DNA of 63,179 bases, filler included, from Octopus bimaculoides (GCF_001194135.2; 9 parts of 8 records of this genome joined end to end with filler, not necessarily neighbours in it); one strand, 5' to 3'. Numbered from the whole stretch's first letter, positions 13,488 to 25,482 are shown. Program-made: numbers and translations. The notes: generated from the sequence alone by a model not told the origin.

Positions 13488-13524
13488 CACTGGAATAAAA
13501 TACATTGCAATATTTTAATTCCTG

Positions 13525-13746
13525 ATTAAAAGGCGGTGAGCTGGGAGAAATGTTAGCATGCCAGGCGAAATGCTTAGTGCTATTTTGTCTGTCTTTACGT
13601 TCTGAGTTCAAATTCTGCCAAGATAGACTTTGTCTTTCATCCTTTTGGGGTTGATAAATTAAGTACCAGTTGTGTACTGGGATCGATCTAATCGACTGCC
13701 CCCCACCCAAAAAAAAATTTTAGGTCTTGTACCTAGAATAGAAAAG
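13525..13746 (+). mobile_element. SINE family B, full length with 16-bp TSD
   Basis: GGCGGTGAGCTGGGAGAAATGTTAGC head; AATATTTTAATTCCTG at 13509-13524 and 13747-13762. Confidence 0.9.
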
Positions 13747-13859
13747 AATATTTTAATTCCTGGTAGGTCACCATATTTTGTTATGCATCCATAATAAGAT
13801 ACCAAGAATATTAAAGGCTCATAATCCAATATTGTGCCCCACCTGTGTTAGCAGTGCTA

Positions 13860-14073
13860 TTAACCCTTTAACATTTAAACCAGCCATATCCAGCCAAAAT
13901 ATTCTACCTGTTTTTACTTCCAAACCAGCAAGATCTGACTTCTCACACATAATGTCATTTAAAAATAATCACATCATTGAAATCTCAAAGCTATGAGATA
14001 GTTTATGGTCAATTCAAAACAATGCAAAGAAATAAGCATTACATTTGACAGACTAATCTGAATGCTGAAGTTA
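13860..14073. mobile_element. piggyBac-like MITE, second family, right end decayed
   Basis: TTAACCCTTTAACATTTAAAC ... CTGAATGCTGAAGTTA degenerate inverted terminus. Confidence 0.6.
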
Positions 14074-14106
14074 TCCTTTTAAAGTTATCTCTACAAATTT
14101 TCTAGT

Positions 14107-14158
14107 GGACGTATATGCATATTTCAGGAGATCTTACTCCTTCTTCAGCACCGCATCC
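14107..14158 (-). ncRNA. Minimal type I hammerhead ribozyme motif, core intact
   Basis: GGAUGCGGUG-CUGAAGA-AGGAG UAAGAU CUCCU-GAAA-UAUGCA-UA-UACGUCC: both core boxes, perfect 5-bp stem II, palindromic stem III region (AUAUGCAUAU), UH site. Confidence 0.7.
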
Positions 14159-14459
14159 AACTTATTAATCATCCATGAACACATTGCTTAGGCAATATTT
14201 GTTTCAGCTCTTTATATTCTGAATAAATACATTGAATAAATAGAGTCAAGAATGAGTGTGTTTAGACAGCTATTTAAATAAACACTATAAATGTTTCGAT
14301 ACAACATAAATCCACATATACACAGGATTTAAATTAAGCAACGGTTTACCTGTATAAAGGGATCCAGTTGTACCTCCTCAGATGGTATATAATCACTGTC
14401 CCTGTTAGTAAATCTTTGACTTTGATGCTAACACACATACATATGTAGATATCTTTTCC

Positions 14460-14960
14460 TCTCCCCTTCACAGCTCTCTGTCTGTCTTCCTCCCTTGCTC
14501 ACGTGGCTCCAACGTGACCATCGGCCATTTTTCTTTCTTCACCTAACTTGTGTCTCATTCTTTCTTCCTCTTGCAGCTGGACAAGGAAGACGTATTCTTG
14601 TCTGTCACCTGTCCAAGCTTGTTACTTCGCATTCGCCACCACAGCCTTGTTTAGGCTTAGCAGCCCTTCCTGTTTGTTTTCACTGTCCTGTTTTCATCAC
14701 CAATTTTGACCCTCTGCAAAATCCCAAATTTTATTTAATTTGCTTTGTGGGAGTAACTGTTTTACTGAAGGCATATCTTGTCGTGAAATGCTCGAAATAC
14801 GGATTAGAAAAACAGCCGACAACTAGTGAAGGGTCGTTCTTTGTGCTGTTTGTCTTGTTTTCCATTTGTTTCTTTCATTGTTCGCAAAAAAGTGTATATT
14901 CCATATCCTCGTATTTTGTATTTTTTGTCGTTTACGTTTTGTGATGTCCTGTGCCCACAT
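14460..14960. mobile_element. Repeat family E, opposite orientation to 9330; HHR-like motif 14757-14815(+)
   Basis: Homologous to 9330-9870; CTGTTTTTA-CTGAAG-GCAT...ATGC-TC-GAAA-TACGGAT-TAGAAAAACAG. Confidence 0.75.
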
Positions 14961-15351
14961 ATGCATATGTAATGTGTATACATGCAAGTATGTATGTATA
15001 CATATGTATATATGCATATATATACATATATTATTACTATTATTATTATTATCATTCATATATATATATATATATATATANNNNNNNNNNNNNNNNNNNN
15101 NNNNNNNNNNNNNNNNNNNNNNNNNNNNNNNNNNNNNNNNNNNNNNNNNNNNNNNNNNNNNNNNNNNNNNNNNNNNNNNNNNNNNNNNNNNNNNNNNNNN
15201 NNNNNNNNNNNNNNNNNNNNNNNNNNNNNNNNNNNNNNNNNNNNNNNNNNNNNNNNNNNNNNNNNNNNNNNNNNNNNNNNNNNNNNNNNNNNNNNNNNNN
15301 NNNNNNNNNNNNNNNNNNNNNNNNNNNNNNNNNNNNNNNNNNNNNNNNNNN

Positions 15352-15572
15352 NGTTGGGGGGACAAACACAGACATACAAACACATACACACATACATATA
15401 TATATATACATATATACGACAGGCTTCTTTCAGTTTCCGTCTACCAAATCCACTCACAAGGCATTGGTCGGCCCGAGGCTATAGTAGAAGGCACTTGCCC
15501 AAGATGCCACGCAGTGGGACTGAACCCGGGACCATGTGGTTTGTAAGCAAGCTACTTACCACACAGCCACTC
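15352..15572 (-). mobile_element. SINE family A, 3' end in gap
   Basis: Reverse complement of family A head and body. Confidence 0.9.
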
Positions 15573-15727
15573 ATATATATTGTTAAATTAGGGGACAATA
15601 AAATAAGTACCAGTTATTAGCCCTCATCCGAAATTTATGGCCTTGTGCTAAAATTTGAAACTGATATTAACCCCATCCTCCAGTACTTATTTTTTCTTAA
15701 GTCCATACTTTCTTTAGTATAACAAAA

Positions 15728-15885
15728 GAAGTACTTCATCTAGTGGTTAAGGTGATACATTGCTCATGATTGCAAGATTGTGGTTTCAATCCCCAGACGG
15801 GGCAGTTTGTTGTGTTCTTGAGCAGATCACTTCATTTCATGTTGCTTTGCAATCACTTTAATATCAGACATGTGGCACGCCATGT
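15728..15885 (+). mobile_element. tRNA-derived SINE family G, 5' part
   Basis: CTAGTGGTTAAGG...GGTTTCAATCCCCAGAC...GTGTTCTTGAGCAGATCACTTCATTTCATG, as at 30031. Confidence 0.65.
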
Positions 15886-16514
15886 ACCCACACGGGCAAT
15901 ATCATTATTAACAAACTACCTCCACCACAACTACCTTCAATATACTACTACCACCATCACCACACCACCACCAACAACAACATACAATTACTGCCCCCAC
16001 CACCACTAATACCACTGCAGGCCCTTGTCACTGCCACTAACACCACTATCATCACTGCCATGGCATCAACAACAACAGCAATGATGACCCACAACACCCC
16101 ACCCAAAACCCACCACCACCACCATCACCATCTACAAACTACAGCCATGGCCATCACTACCGCCATCGACATCCAGTAATTATGATGATATTTTGGGTTA
16201 ATTGCTACAGGTCTAATGGCATGCATAAACTACTATACAAAGTCCCCCATTACAATTCTCTTTCCTCTCTCTTTCTCTCTCTCTATCTTTCTCTCCACCC
16301 TCTTCTACCTTCCCACCTTCTCAGGCACTTTTCCCTCCCACTCTGTTAGTTTACATTTCTTTCTATCGCTATCTTTCCTTTCTTTTATCAGTCACATATA
16401 ATATATACATACATTCACACACACACACAAACACACACACATAACACTCCTACATACGTTCACACATATGTACATATATGTCTGTGTGTATGTGTGCATG
16501 TGTGTATGTGTGCA

Positions 16515-16545
<31 letters not shown>

Positions 16546-16847
16546 GTATATAAAATTTTGACTCAGCTCCATATACATGAGTGTGTGCGTGTTTAATGTT
16601 AAATTGTTTTTATATACAATTTCACAAAAAAACCTAACATTAATATAACACTCACTTTTATATATATATGAGATGTACGTATATACAAATATGCGCCTAT
16701 ATGTATGAATACACACACACATATATATTCATATTTGGGTGTGCAAATCAAAGGAAAGAACATTACATTGTGCAAAGTTTTTATTTTAAATATAAATAAT
16801 ATATATACACATATACATATGTAATACTTACATACATACATTCATGT

Positions 16848-16885
<38 letters not shown>

Positions 16886-16934
16886 GAGTGAGCTCAATCA
16901 GATGATGATCATGTATATATGTTAACAATTGTGT

Positions 16935-17960
16935 CTCAACTTGTAGTTTCACACACTCAAAATTATATGAGATCACTCTGACAATTTCATGAATAGAAAG
17001 CTAGGTTGCGGATGTAGGTATACCTTCTGAACTTGATTATTGTTGGCCAAAACCAGTCATGTGATGGTAGCTGTTGCAGATAAGATGGAAAAAAATAGAT
17101 TGAAAAACTACTGTAATGTAAGGTGGAGTAGCCAGTCCTTGCATATGGCCATTGAAACAAGGGAAATTACTCAGTGTAGCTCATAGCATCTGATTTCAAC
17201 TAGTTTATTTTGTATAAGCTGGAAATTTTCTAGGAAGAAAGTCTTACAATGACAGCTGTTAAATAATACTTAGACTCTCATATTGAGAGATAGCAATAGC
17301 TGCTTCAACATCTTGAGATTCTCATTTAAACAAAATTTACAACTTCATGAAGCATGAAAATATGGAGTTGCTTTACTGACAATGTTCCATGTTATTGAAG
17401 ATGTTCAAGTCCTTGGTCCTTAAGTTCTCAAATCAGCTGGGACAGGGGAGTGGAATTTTCCCTTTTCCTTGACTTAAAAGAGTTGAGTGTTGATGAGAGT
17501 GATATTTGAAAGTATTCACAGTAAGTCCCCTGCAATTTTTTTATGACACATTCCAGGGGTGTTATGAATTTTTGGTATGACTTCTTTGAAAAGACAGTGT
17601 GCCCTGAGTGGGTAGGCATATGAATTTTACAATTGCAAGTTGATTGTTGTGGTAGCATCAGTATAAGTACATGTTTATGATTGTAGCACATTATCTGGGG
17701 ATTGATATTCTCCAAGCAAGAATAGTTCACTTTAACATTAGGTGCATTGAAAAGTCTTAAGAAATGTTGCCTAGATAGGATTCAGAAATTCATAGGTATG
17801 ATCATGTCATGGAGGGGATTAATTCGGATTATGTCTCTCTTTTTTTTTCTCAGATGTGGAATCAGTAGGCTATTGTCTATGTAAATTGACTTCTCAATAA
17901 AACCACTTCTAAGCACCACCTTGTTATGTAGGGGGTGGTCTTGTTGATGAAGTCACTCTT
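16935..17960 (-). mobile_element. Degenerate Penelope-like element, linker + GIY-YIG end + 3' region
   Basis: Frameshifted VKVNYSCLENI, TCNCK...RAHCLFKEVI, and LNMR.*VLFNSCHCKTFFLENF (cf. PLE VKISYSCMPN, CNCR..CPL.G.CL, LLNKRSE.F.KCRH..KF.L). Confidence 0.7.
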
Positions 17961-18064
17961 TGAGAATATATAGACTTTATCCAAAATTTCGAATTTTTAC
18001 AAGCTTTATTTTGTCGACTTAAAAAATAATATTAAATAATATAGAATAAGTAGTTATTTCAAAG

Positions 18065-18270
18065 TTTTGCCACGAGTGCTGTTTGGGGGAGGTGGGGATG
18101 AGTTGATTACATCGTCCCCCCCAGTGTTCAACTGGTACTTATTTCATCGACCCCAAAAGGTTGAAAGGCAAAATGGACTTCAGCGGAATTTGAACTCAGA
18201 ACGTAGTGATGGGCAAAATACTGCTAAGTATTTCGTCCAGCATGCTAACAATTCTGCCAGCTTGCTGCCT
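18065..18270 (-). mobile_element. SINE family B
   Basis: CAACTGGTACTTATTTCATCGACCCC...GGAATTTGAACTCAGAACG...TCTGCCAGCTTGCTGCC. Confidence 0.85.
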
Positions 18271-18288
18271 TAATATATAATAAATAAT

Positions 18289-18750
18289 CCTTTCTATTAT
18301 AGGCACAAGGTCTGAAATTTGGGGAGAGGGGTTAAGTTGGTATGACTTCTTTGAAAAGACAGTGTGCCCTGAGTGGGTAGGCATATGAATTTTACAATTG
18401 CAAGTTGATTGTTGTGGTAGCATCAGTATAAGTACATGTTTATGATTGTAGCACATTATCTGGGGATTGATATTCTCCAAGCAAGAATAGTTCACTTTAA
18501 CATTAGGTGCATTGAAAAGTCTTAAGAAATGTTGCCTAGATAGGATTCAGAAATTCATAGGTATGATCATGTCATGGAGGGGATTAATTCGGATTATGGT
18601 ACTGGTACTCAACTGGTACTTAATTTATTGACCTCAAAAGGATAAAAGCAAAGTTGACCTTGGCGGAATTTGAACTCAGAACATAGCGACAGGTGAAATA
18701 TTGCTAAGCATTTCAGCCAATGTGCTAACGATTCTGCCAGCTCACCGCCT
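18289..18750 (-). mobile_element. SINE family B carrying a 262-bp foreign insert (18337-18598)
   Basis: Tail 18289-18336 and body/head 18599-18750 join into one SINE; TAATATAT(A/G)ATAAATAAT on both flanks as probable TSD. Confidence 0.8.
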
Positions 18751-19348
18751 TAATATATGATAAATAATATAAAGCAACAATGTGCTTAATTAGTTTTTTT
18801 TTAATCAATTTCATACTCCAGTTATTTCCCTTCTCTCTGTCTCTCTCTTTTCATCTGAATTCAGGCAATAATGAGAACCACCACATCATTGTTAAATCTG
18901 TTAGAAATAACATTGTTTTTCAAAAGAAAAAAATACATATAAAAAAAACAGCCAAATCTCTTTCAACAACATCTTGATTATGTATATAACATGTATTTCA
19001 TCTTTTTATTATGCTAAATATTCTTGGCCAAAATATACTAAGTACTTTCTGCCTGTTAATTTGTCCCCATTTTGTGGACAACAAGGAGGAATAGTCTACA
19101 CTGCTGTGGTAAAATTATGACCAAAATGTGTCCATAGTTATCCAACATTTCTGAAACGACCATCAAATTCACCAGTTTTGCTAAGTATATTAATTAATTC
19201 AGCTATGAATTAATTTTTAGTATCCTGAAATTACCTCCCCTCCCTCAATTAGAGTTGCTAACAATTAACTAGATGTGTTTTGTTTCTCTATCAGCAACAG
19301 AAATTTCAATAAAATTTAGTATATATTATGTATGCTTACATACTTATA

Positions 19349-19723
19349 GTGGAGGCGCAATGGCCCAATGGTTAGGGTAGTGGACTCGTGGTCATAGGAT
19401 CGCGGTTTCGATTCCCAAGCCAGGCATTGTGAGTGTTTATTGAGCGAAAACACCTAAAGCTCCATGAGGCTCCGGCAGGGGATGGTGGCAAACCCTGCTG
19501 TATTCTTTCTCTCACTCTTTCTTCCTGTTTCTGTTGTGCCTGTAATTCAAAGGGTCAGCCTTGTCACACTGTGTCACGCTGAATATCCCCGACAACTACG
19601 TTAAGGGTACACGTGTCTGTGGAGTGCTCAGCCACTTGCACGTTAATTTCATGAGCAGGCTGTTCCGTTGATCAGATCAACTGGAACCCTTGTCGTCGTA
19701 AGCGACGGAGTGCCAACAACAAC
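19349..19723 (+). mobile_element. SINE family C, full length
   Basis: GTGGAGGCGCAATGGCCC head to GGAGTGCCAACAACAAC tail; CAT(A/G)CTTATA on both flanks. Confidence 0.9.
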
Positions 19724-20229
19724 ATGCTTATAAATTCACTTTCGCACAATGCAGTGAGAATGAATTTGAGTAATTGTTAACCAGATTAATAACCATAATT
19801 TACCTTATGGTATGGATGAATTAACTGTAACCTCCCTATTCTTATAAACACAAAGTATCTATTTAATTCGCTGTGTCAGCGTATGTGTGCCAAATCACAT
19901 GTGTGTATGCTTATATCTTTGTGTAAGTTTGTACAAGCAAGAGTACATGTACCATACAACCTAAGCAAGGGTGTTTAAATATCCATATCTGCTAACAGTT
20001 GCACTTAATACTTTTTTCACTGTATTGTATATTTGTCAGTTTTTGTATCTAATTTTTATTGATCTTCTATGATAATGAAGCTGTGTCTCTTGCTTTGCTG
20101 CTTTTGTATACGCATACTGAGATGAAAACTTGCAGAACAGACGTCATCTTAATGAGATACATCTTGTAATCACCTAAAGAGATACATCTACACTGAAAGA
20201 TACTACTAAACCAGTATCCTACCTGTGAG

Positions 20230-20266
<37 letters not shown>

Positions 20267-20293
20267 AATTCAAATAAATGGATAAAATTTTAA

Positions 20294-20530
20294 AGTATAT
20301 AATTATAATTAAAGGCTCTGGAATACCAGGCCTATACACTAGAAGTAAAATACCCACAATCCACTCCAAATCAGTTCTCTTTTTCTAACCCTAGGTCGGA
20401 TGCGAGGAAATAGGCAAGAAGATTTACAAAATTTCAGATAATTCTATATCTTAAGATTTCGTGCTCTTAAGCATATAGGCGCTGGCACTCCAGAGCCCTT
20501 AATTATAATTATATTTTATAATTATATACT
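20294..20530. mobile_element. MITE-like element with ~43-bp AT-rich inverted ends
   Basis: ATAATTATAATTAAAGGCTCTGGAATACCAGGCCTATA vs TATAGGCGCTGGCACTCCAGAGCCCTTAATTATAATTAT. Confidence 0.7.
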
Positions 20531-20621
20531 TAGAATATATATATGTATATATATGTGTTCGTTCCCTTAGTGCTAAGTATTAGACTTAAAAACCTTTTAA
20601 GACGCACATATATACTAATCA

Positions 20622-21445
20622 AGTGGCTGTGTGGTAAGTAGTTTGCTTACCAACCACATGGTTCCAGGTTCATTCCCACTGCGTGGCACCTTGGGCAAGT
20701 GTCTTCTACTATAGCCTTGGGCCGACCAAAGCCTTGCGAGTGGATTTGGTAGATGGAAACTGAAAGAAGCCCGTTGTATATATGTATATATATGTGTTCG
20801 TTCCCTTAGTGCTAAGTATTAGACTTAAAAACCTTTTAAGACGCACATATATACTAATCAAGTGGCNNNNNNNNNNNNNNNNNNNNNNNNNNNNNNNNNN
20901 NNNNNNNNNNNNNNNNNNNNNNNNNNNNNNNNNNNNNNNNNNNNNNNNNNNNNNNNNNNNNNNNNNNNNNNNNNNNNNNNNNNNNNNNNNNNNNNNNNNN
21001 NNNNNNNNNNNNNNNNNNNNNNNNNNNNNNNNNNNNNNNNNNNNNNNNNNNNNNNNNNNNNNNNNNNNNNNNNNNNNNNNNNNNNNNNNNNNNNNNNNNN
21101 NNNNNNNNNNNNNNNNNNNNNNNNNNNNNNNNNNNNNNNNNNNNNNNNNNNNNNNNNNNNNNNNNNNNNNNNNNNNNNNNNNNNNNNNNNNNNNNNNNNN
21201 NNNNNNNNNNNNNNNTATGTATGTGTGTGTATATGTTTGTGTGTCTGTATTTGTTTCCCCAACATCGCTTGACAACCGATGCTGGTGTGTTTAAGTCCCC
21301 GTAACTTAGTGGTTCAGCAAAAGATACCGATAGAATAAGTACTAGGCTTCCAAAGAATAAGACCTGGGGTCGATTTGCTCGACTAAAGGCGGTGCTCCAG
21401 CATGGCCACAGTCAAATGACTGAAACAAGTAAAAGAGTAAGAGTA
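20622..21445 (+). mobile_element. SINE family A split by gap
   Basis: Head 20622-20780, tail 21215-21445. Confidence 0.8.
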
Positions 21446-21489
21446 TACATTTACGACAAGAGATCTGATTCACAGTTCAGTGGAAGCCA

Positions 21490-21770
21490 TACTAACGCTT
21501 GAACAGTGCTTTTTACATGCTACCAGCTCAGGTCCTGGTCAGACGGCACTAGCATCGCCCACGACTATGATTTCACTCAGTTTGACAGGTCTTCACAAGC
21601 ACAGCATATCACCCATCAGTTGAAGGGTGCTTTAATGGGCCACCTACATGACACAGGCATTGGCCACGACTACAATCTCACTTGGCTTGATGGGTCTTCA
21701 CAAGCACAGCATATCTCCAAAGTTTTCGGTCATTGCCTCTGTGAGGTAATCTACCTCAATAAACTCTGCC
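21490..21770 (-). mobile_element. RTE LINE ORF end/3' UTR fragment with internal duplication
   Basis: ATCTCACTTGGCTTGATGGGTCTTCACAAGCACAGCATATCTCCAAAG matches 52545-52620; motif present twice. Confidence 0.65.
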
Positions 21771-22191
21771 TGTCTGAAAATTAATGATGATGATTATGAT
21801 GAAGATGGTAGGGGTGGTGGTGGTGTTATTTGTCATGAGATCTACATCCTGTGTATTTCAGTTTCCAGTTCATTGTCCTACCCTTCTTCTCTATGATGTT
21901 TTGGTTTAGTTTAGAAGAGATTATTGAGATGTCTGCCAGTCAGAGTACAGTTATTTTCGTCACAGTCCTTCTTATAATTATAAATGGGTAGTTAGTTAGC
22001 CTTGATCTTCTAATCAGTCTGTACAGACATACCCTAGATAATTACAGCCATGTCATTGTCCTTCACCTCGTTTGTTATTTGCTTATATCACTTCCTAAGC
22101 GTCAGCAAATTGCTTGGATGACGAGCTTGTCATTTCATTCCGCCGTCATCACTGTTCAACATCCACTTTTCTACACTTGCATGGGTTAGGT

Positions 22192-22966
22192 CAGTGGTTC
22201 TCAGCCAGGGTCTATATAGCCCCTGAGAGTCCATAGAAGATTTTGGGGCGGTCCACACTGCAAAATGGTAAATTGGGTATCCACAATAGTATTTTAAGGG
22301 CCCCTGCAAAAAAAATTTGGTTTCTGATGTATCTATTGGTATGTATTGCAAGAATTTGTAAGCCTAGTACTAAACCAGTGGAGGCGCAATGGCCCAGTGG
22401 TTAGGGCAGCGGACTCGTGGTCATAGGATCGCGGTTTCGATTCCCAGACCGGGTGTTGTGAGTGTTTATTGAGCGAAAACACCTAAAGCTCCACGAGGCT
22501 CCGGCAGGGGATGGTGGCGAACCCTGCTGTACTCTTTCACCACAACTTTCTCTCACTCTTACTTCCTGTTTCTATTGTACCTGTAATTCAAAGGACCAGC
22601 CTTGTCACACTGTGTCACGCTGAATATCCCCGAGAATTACGTTAAGGGACAACGTGTCTGTGGAGCACTCAGCCACTTGCACGTTAATTTCACGAGCAGG
22701 CTGTTCCGTTGATCGGCTCAACTGGAACCCTCGACGTCGTAAGCGACGGAGTGCCAACAACAACAACATTGCAAGAAACAACTAGGTTTGTTTCTCTTAT
22801 AATTTACATAGTTCAACCAATACAAGTTAATGTGTGAAAAACAAAATAAGAATTTTCAAAGAACCTTCTACAAAACTAGTTTTTAAACATTGAATGGTTA
22901 TGGGGGTTCACTAGAATGAAATAATAATCGAAGGGGTCTATAGCTAAAAAATTGCTGAGAACCCCT
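22192..22966. mobile_element. hAT (Charlie-like) non-autonomous element
   Basis: CAGTGGTTCTCAGC ... GCTGAGAACCCCTG termini; 8-bp flanks GGTTAGGT / GGGTAGAT (decayed TSD). Confidence 0.8.
22378..22767 (+). mobile_element. SINE family C inserted in the hAT element
   Basis: Full-length near-consensus copy. Confidence 0.9.
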
Positions 22967-23196
22967 GGGGTAGATGGAATTTGTCATGGCAAGATTTCCA
23001 CAGCCGGACGCCCATCCTGTTGCCTACCCTCACCTGTTTCCAAGCAAGGTAATATTCCTCAAGGTCAGACATGTTTGCATGGAAGTTTAGAAACAAATGA
23101 CACTGCATGAATAACAGTGACACTCATTTACAACCATCACATGAAGTCAAGGCAAGGAGATAGTAGCACACATACACACACACACACACACACACA

Positions 23197-23273
23197 GTGG
23201 AGGTGCATGGCTTATTGATGAGGGTGTTGAACTCATAGTCATAAGATTTTGGTTTCAATTCTGGACCAGGTAA
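23197..23273 (+). mobile_element. SINE family G head only
   Basis: GTGGAGGTGCATGGCTTATTG...GGTTTCAATTCTGGACCAGG. Confidence 0.55.
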
Positions 23274-23744
23274 TGCCACCACCACCATGACCACCACCAC
23301 CATGACTACCACTGCTACAACCAGCAGCTTCACCACCAGTGCAATGACCACTACCCCTACAACCAGCAATGCCAATACTACTGGTCCAATCACCACGTCT
23401 AACACCAGAACTGCTAGCAGCGAAACCACTACCATTGCCATTGTCAAAACCACCATCATCCACCTCTACTTCTATCGCTAACATCACTTGTACCACGAAC
23501 CCCATCACACCACCATCAGTACTACCACCATCACCACCACCACCACTACCAACAACACCCTGACTAGTAGCAACATACCATCATTGCTACCAGCTCCATG
23601 GAGACCTCCATGTAGTGGCTGAACCTTTTATTTTCCCAGGGTAGATGAAATAGAGTACCAATCAAGTACGAGGGTTGATTTAATTAATTGTTCTCTCCCT
23701 TCATTTCCTGCATTTCTGACATTGTGCTTGGGTTTACATTAGAA

Positions 23745-23975
23745 ATTATTATTATTGTTCAGTAGTTTTATTTTTATAACGTGCTTTCACTTCACTACCG
23801 AGCGCAGCTCTGTGCGCCTTGGCTATGTGCTGTGGTTTGCTGTGATACTCTTATGGTTCCTGTATTGAAAGTGTTTTGCGTAGGATGTATGCAGTGCCCA
23901 GTAGTGCAATTTTCTGTATGTTATATATATTTGTAAGTCCTGGTGTTTTTGTTATGTATTTGTCTGAATATTTAT
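23745..23975 (-). mobile_element. R4/Dong-like LINE 3' end
   Basis: YITKTPGLTNIYNIQKIALLGTAYILRKTLSIQEP* followed by ~100-nt UTR and (AAT)n tail. Confidence 0.75.
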
Positions 23976-24158
23976 TATTATTATTATTATTATTATCATC
24001 ATCATCATTATGTAAATGTAATTATTCCTTCTAGACATTTCTTTAATTGCAATTAAAATTCTCAGTGGAGAAAACAAACAAACAAAAAACATGTATTATT
24101 AAATTTTTTTATCTTGTATTTTGTATTTTACTGATGAAAAATATCAACTGTCAATACA

Positions 24159-24196
<38 letters not shown>

Positions 24197-24280
24197 GAAT
24201 AAAATATGACCTATAATATAAATAAAATATATATATATGCATATATATATAACATAAATAAAATATATATATATATATAT

Positions 24281-24358
24281 CATCATCATCGTTTAACGTC
24301 CGCTTTCCATGCTAGCATGGGTTGGACGATTTGACTGAGGACTGGTGAAATCGTCCAA
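24281..24358 (-). mobile_element. RTE tail fragment
   Basis: (CAT)n CGTTTAACGTCCGCTTTCCATGCTAGCATGGGTTGGACG. Confidence 0.85.
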
Positions 24359-24400
24359 GCCATATATACATACATATATGTACATACTTACATTTATATG

Positions 24401-24451
<51 letters not shown>

Positions 24452-24619
24452 GCATATATGGGTACAGGACATCACAAAACGTAAACAACATGAAATACGA
24501 TAACGACATATATATACGTATATATGTATATGTAATATATGAAGTAATAAATCTCTCTTAGTTTGAATTTTATTTGTAGGGGATGGTATGGGTACCCCAG
24601 CCATCGAGGAATCTTTAAA

Positions 24620-25440
24620 CTCATCTCTGACATCATCGGGGCATGTTTGACGGTATATATTTTTCCTCATTGCACAACTGAAGTAACATTTCACTATGAC
24701 AGTGGAGAGGATGGAATCTGAGTATAGTGAGGCAATCTTAATAATCAAATTCTGTCTTGCTATTTATTTTTTAATAATTCTTCTCTGAGGTACCTCAATT
24801 CTCAGAATATGTTATTTGGTATAGAAAGAACATAGAAGGCAAAAAGTACTGTGCAGAGGTAGAAAATAGAAAGATAATATCTAGGTCTTTGAACTGGCAA
24901 GTTCTGAGAATCCAACAGCTCATCCTGGAAACTACTTTTTGATGGAGACTCTCAGATTATTTCTAAGTGTTTGACACTGTAAACCTACGAGAGGTCCTTC
25001 AGAGGAAACAGATTATGGTTATTTAAGTACTTCCTATATTCCAAAGCGGATGAACTCAACTTTTCCAACAATTTATTTGGTCACCATTGCTGAAACTTAG
25101 AATCTGTTGTGAAAACTTTTATGACACTTGTTATGCTGTTGATGTCATCTGTAAAGAGGTGTGGTCCCAAGAGAGCCCTTTGAGGTCAGTACTACTTGAT
25201 AGGAAATACTAAATCTAGGGCAACAATTTTCCATGCATTTCTATGTTAGGTATTTTTTCTCAAAAGAATGCTTCAACTTGTTGGAGTTCAGGTATATGAA
25301 TTCCGTTTTTGAGCCATCTCTCAAAATTGAAGATTTTGTCAAAGTGGTGTAGAAACTGTGTGAACCCCTGTGATACCATACCATACCATACCATACACCT
25401 GCTGGCTCTAAGATATAAAGTTTTTGTTTTAAAGTGGTCT
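24620..25440 (-). mobile_element. Highly decayed CR1/L2-group LINE RT remnant
   Basis: HFDKI...NGIHIPELQQVEAFF, PQRALLGPHLFTDDIN (cf. PQGSVLGPLLF..YIND), SVKHLEII (cf. VKDLG) in order, with stops and frameshifts. Confidence 0.55.
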
Positions 25441-25482
25441 AAATTAAAACCTTCCATCGAAATTTCATGTTGACTTAGGGTA

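Larger units (their letters stand above)
22135..23160 (-). mobile_element. Old SINE-like element with RTE-type tail, split by hAT MITE
   Basis: GGGTAGGCAACAGGATGGGCGTCCGGCTGTGGAAA central motif at ~23000; CCCATGCAAGTGTAGAAAAGTGGATGTTGAAC tail at ~22150-22190. Confidence 0.6.

Noticed and set aside
20555-20866. ~70-bp segment repeated around a SINE head
   Set aside because: Second copy runs into a gap; likely assembly artefact, cannot be separated from a true tandem duplication
21830-22120. Possible RTE endonuclease remnant
   Set aside because: Motif similarity too weak to support
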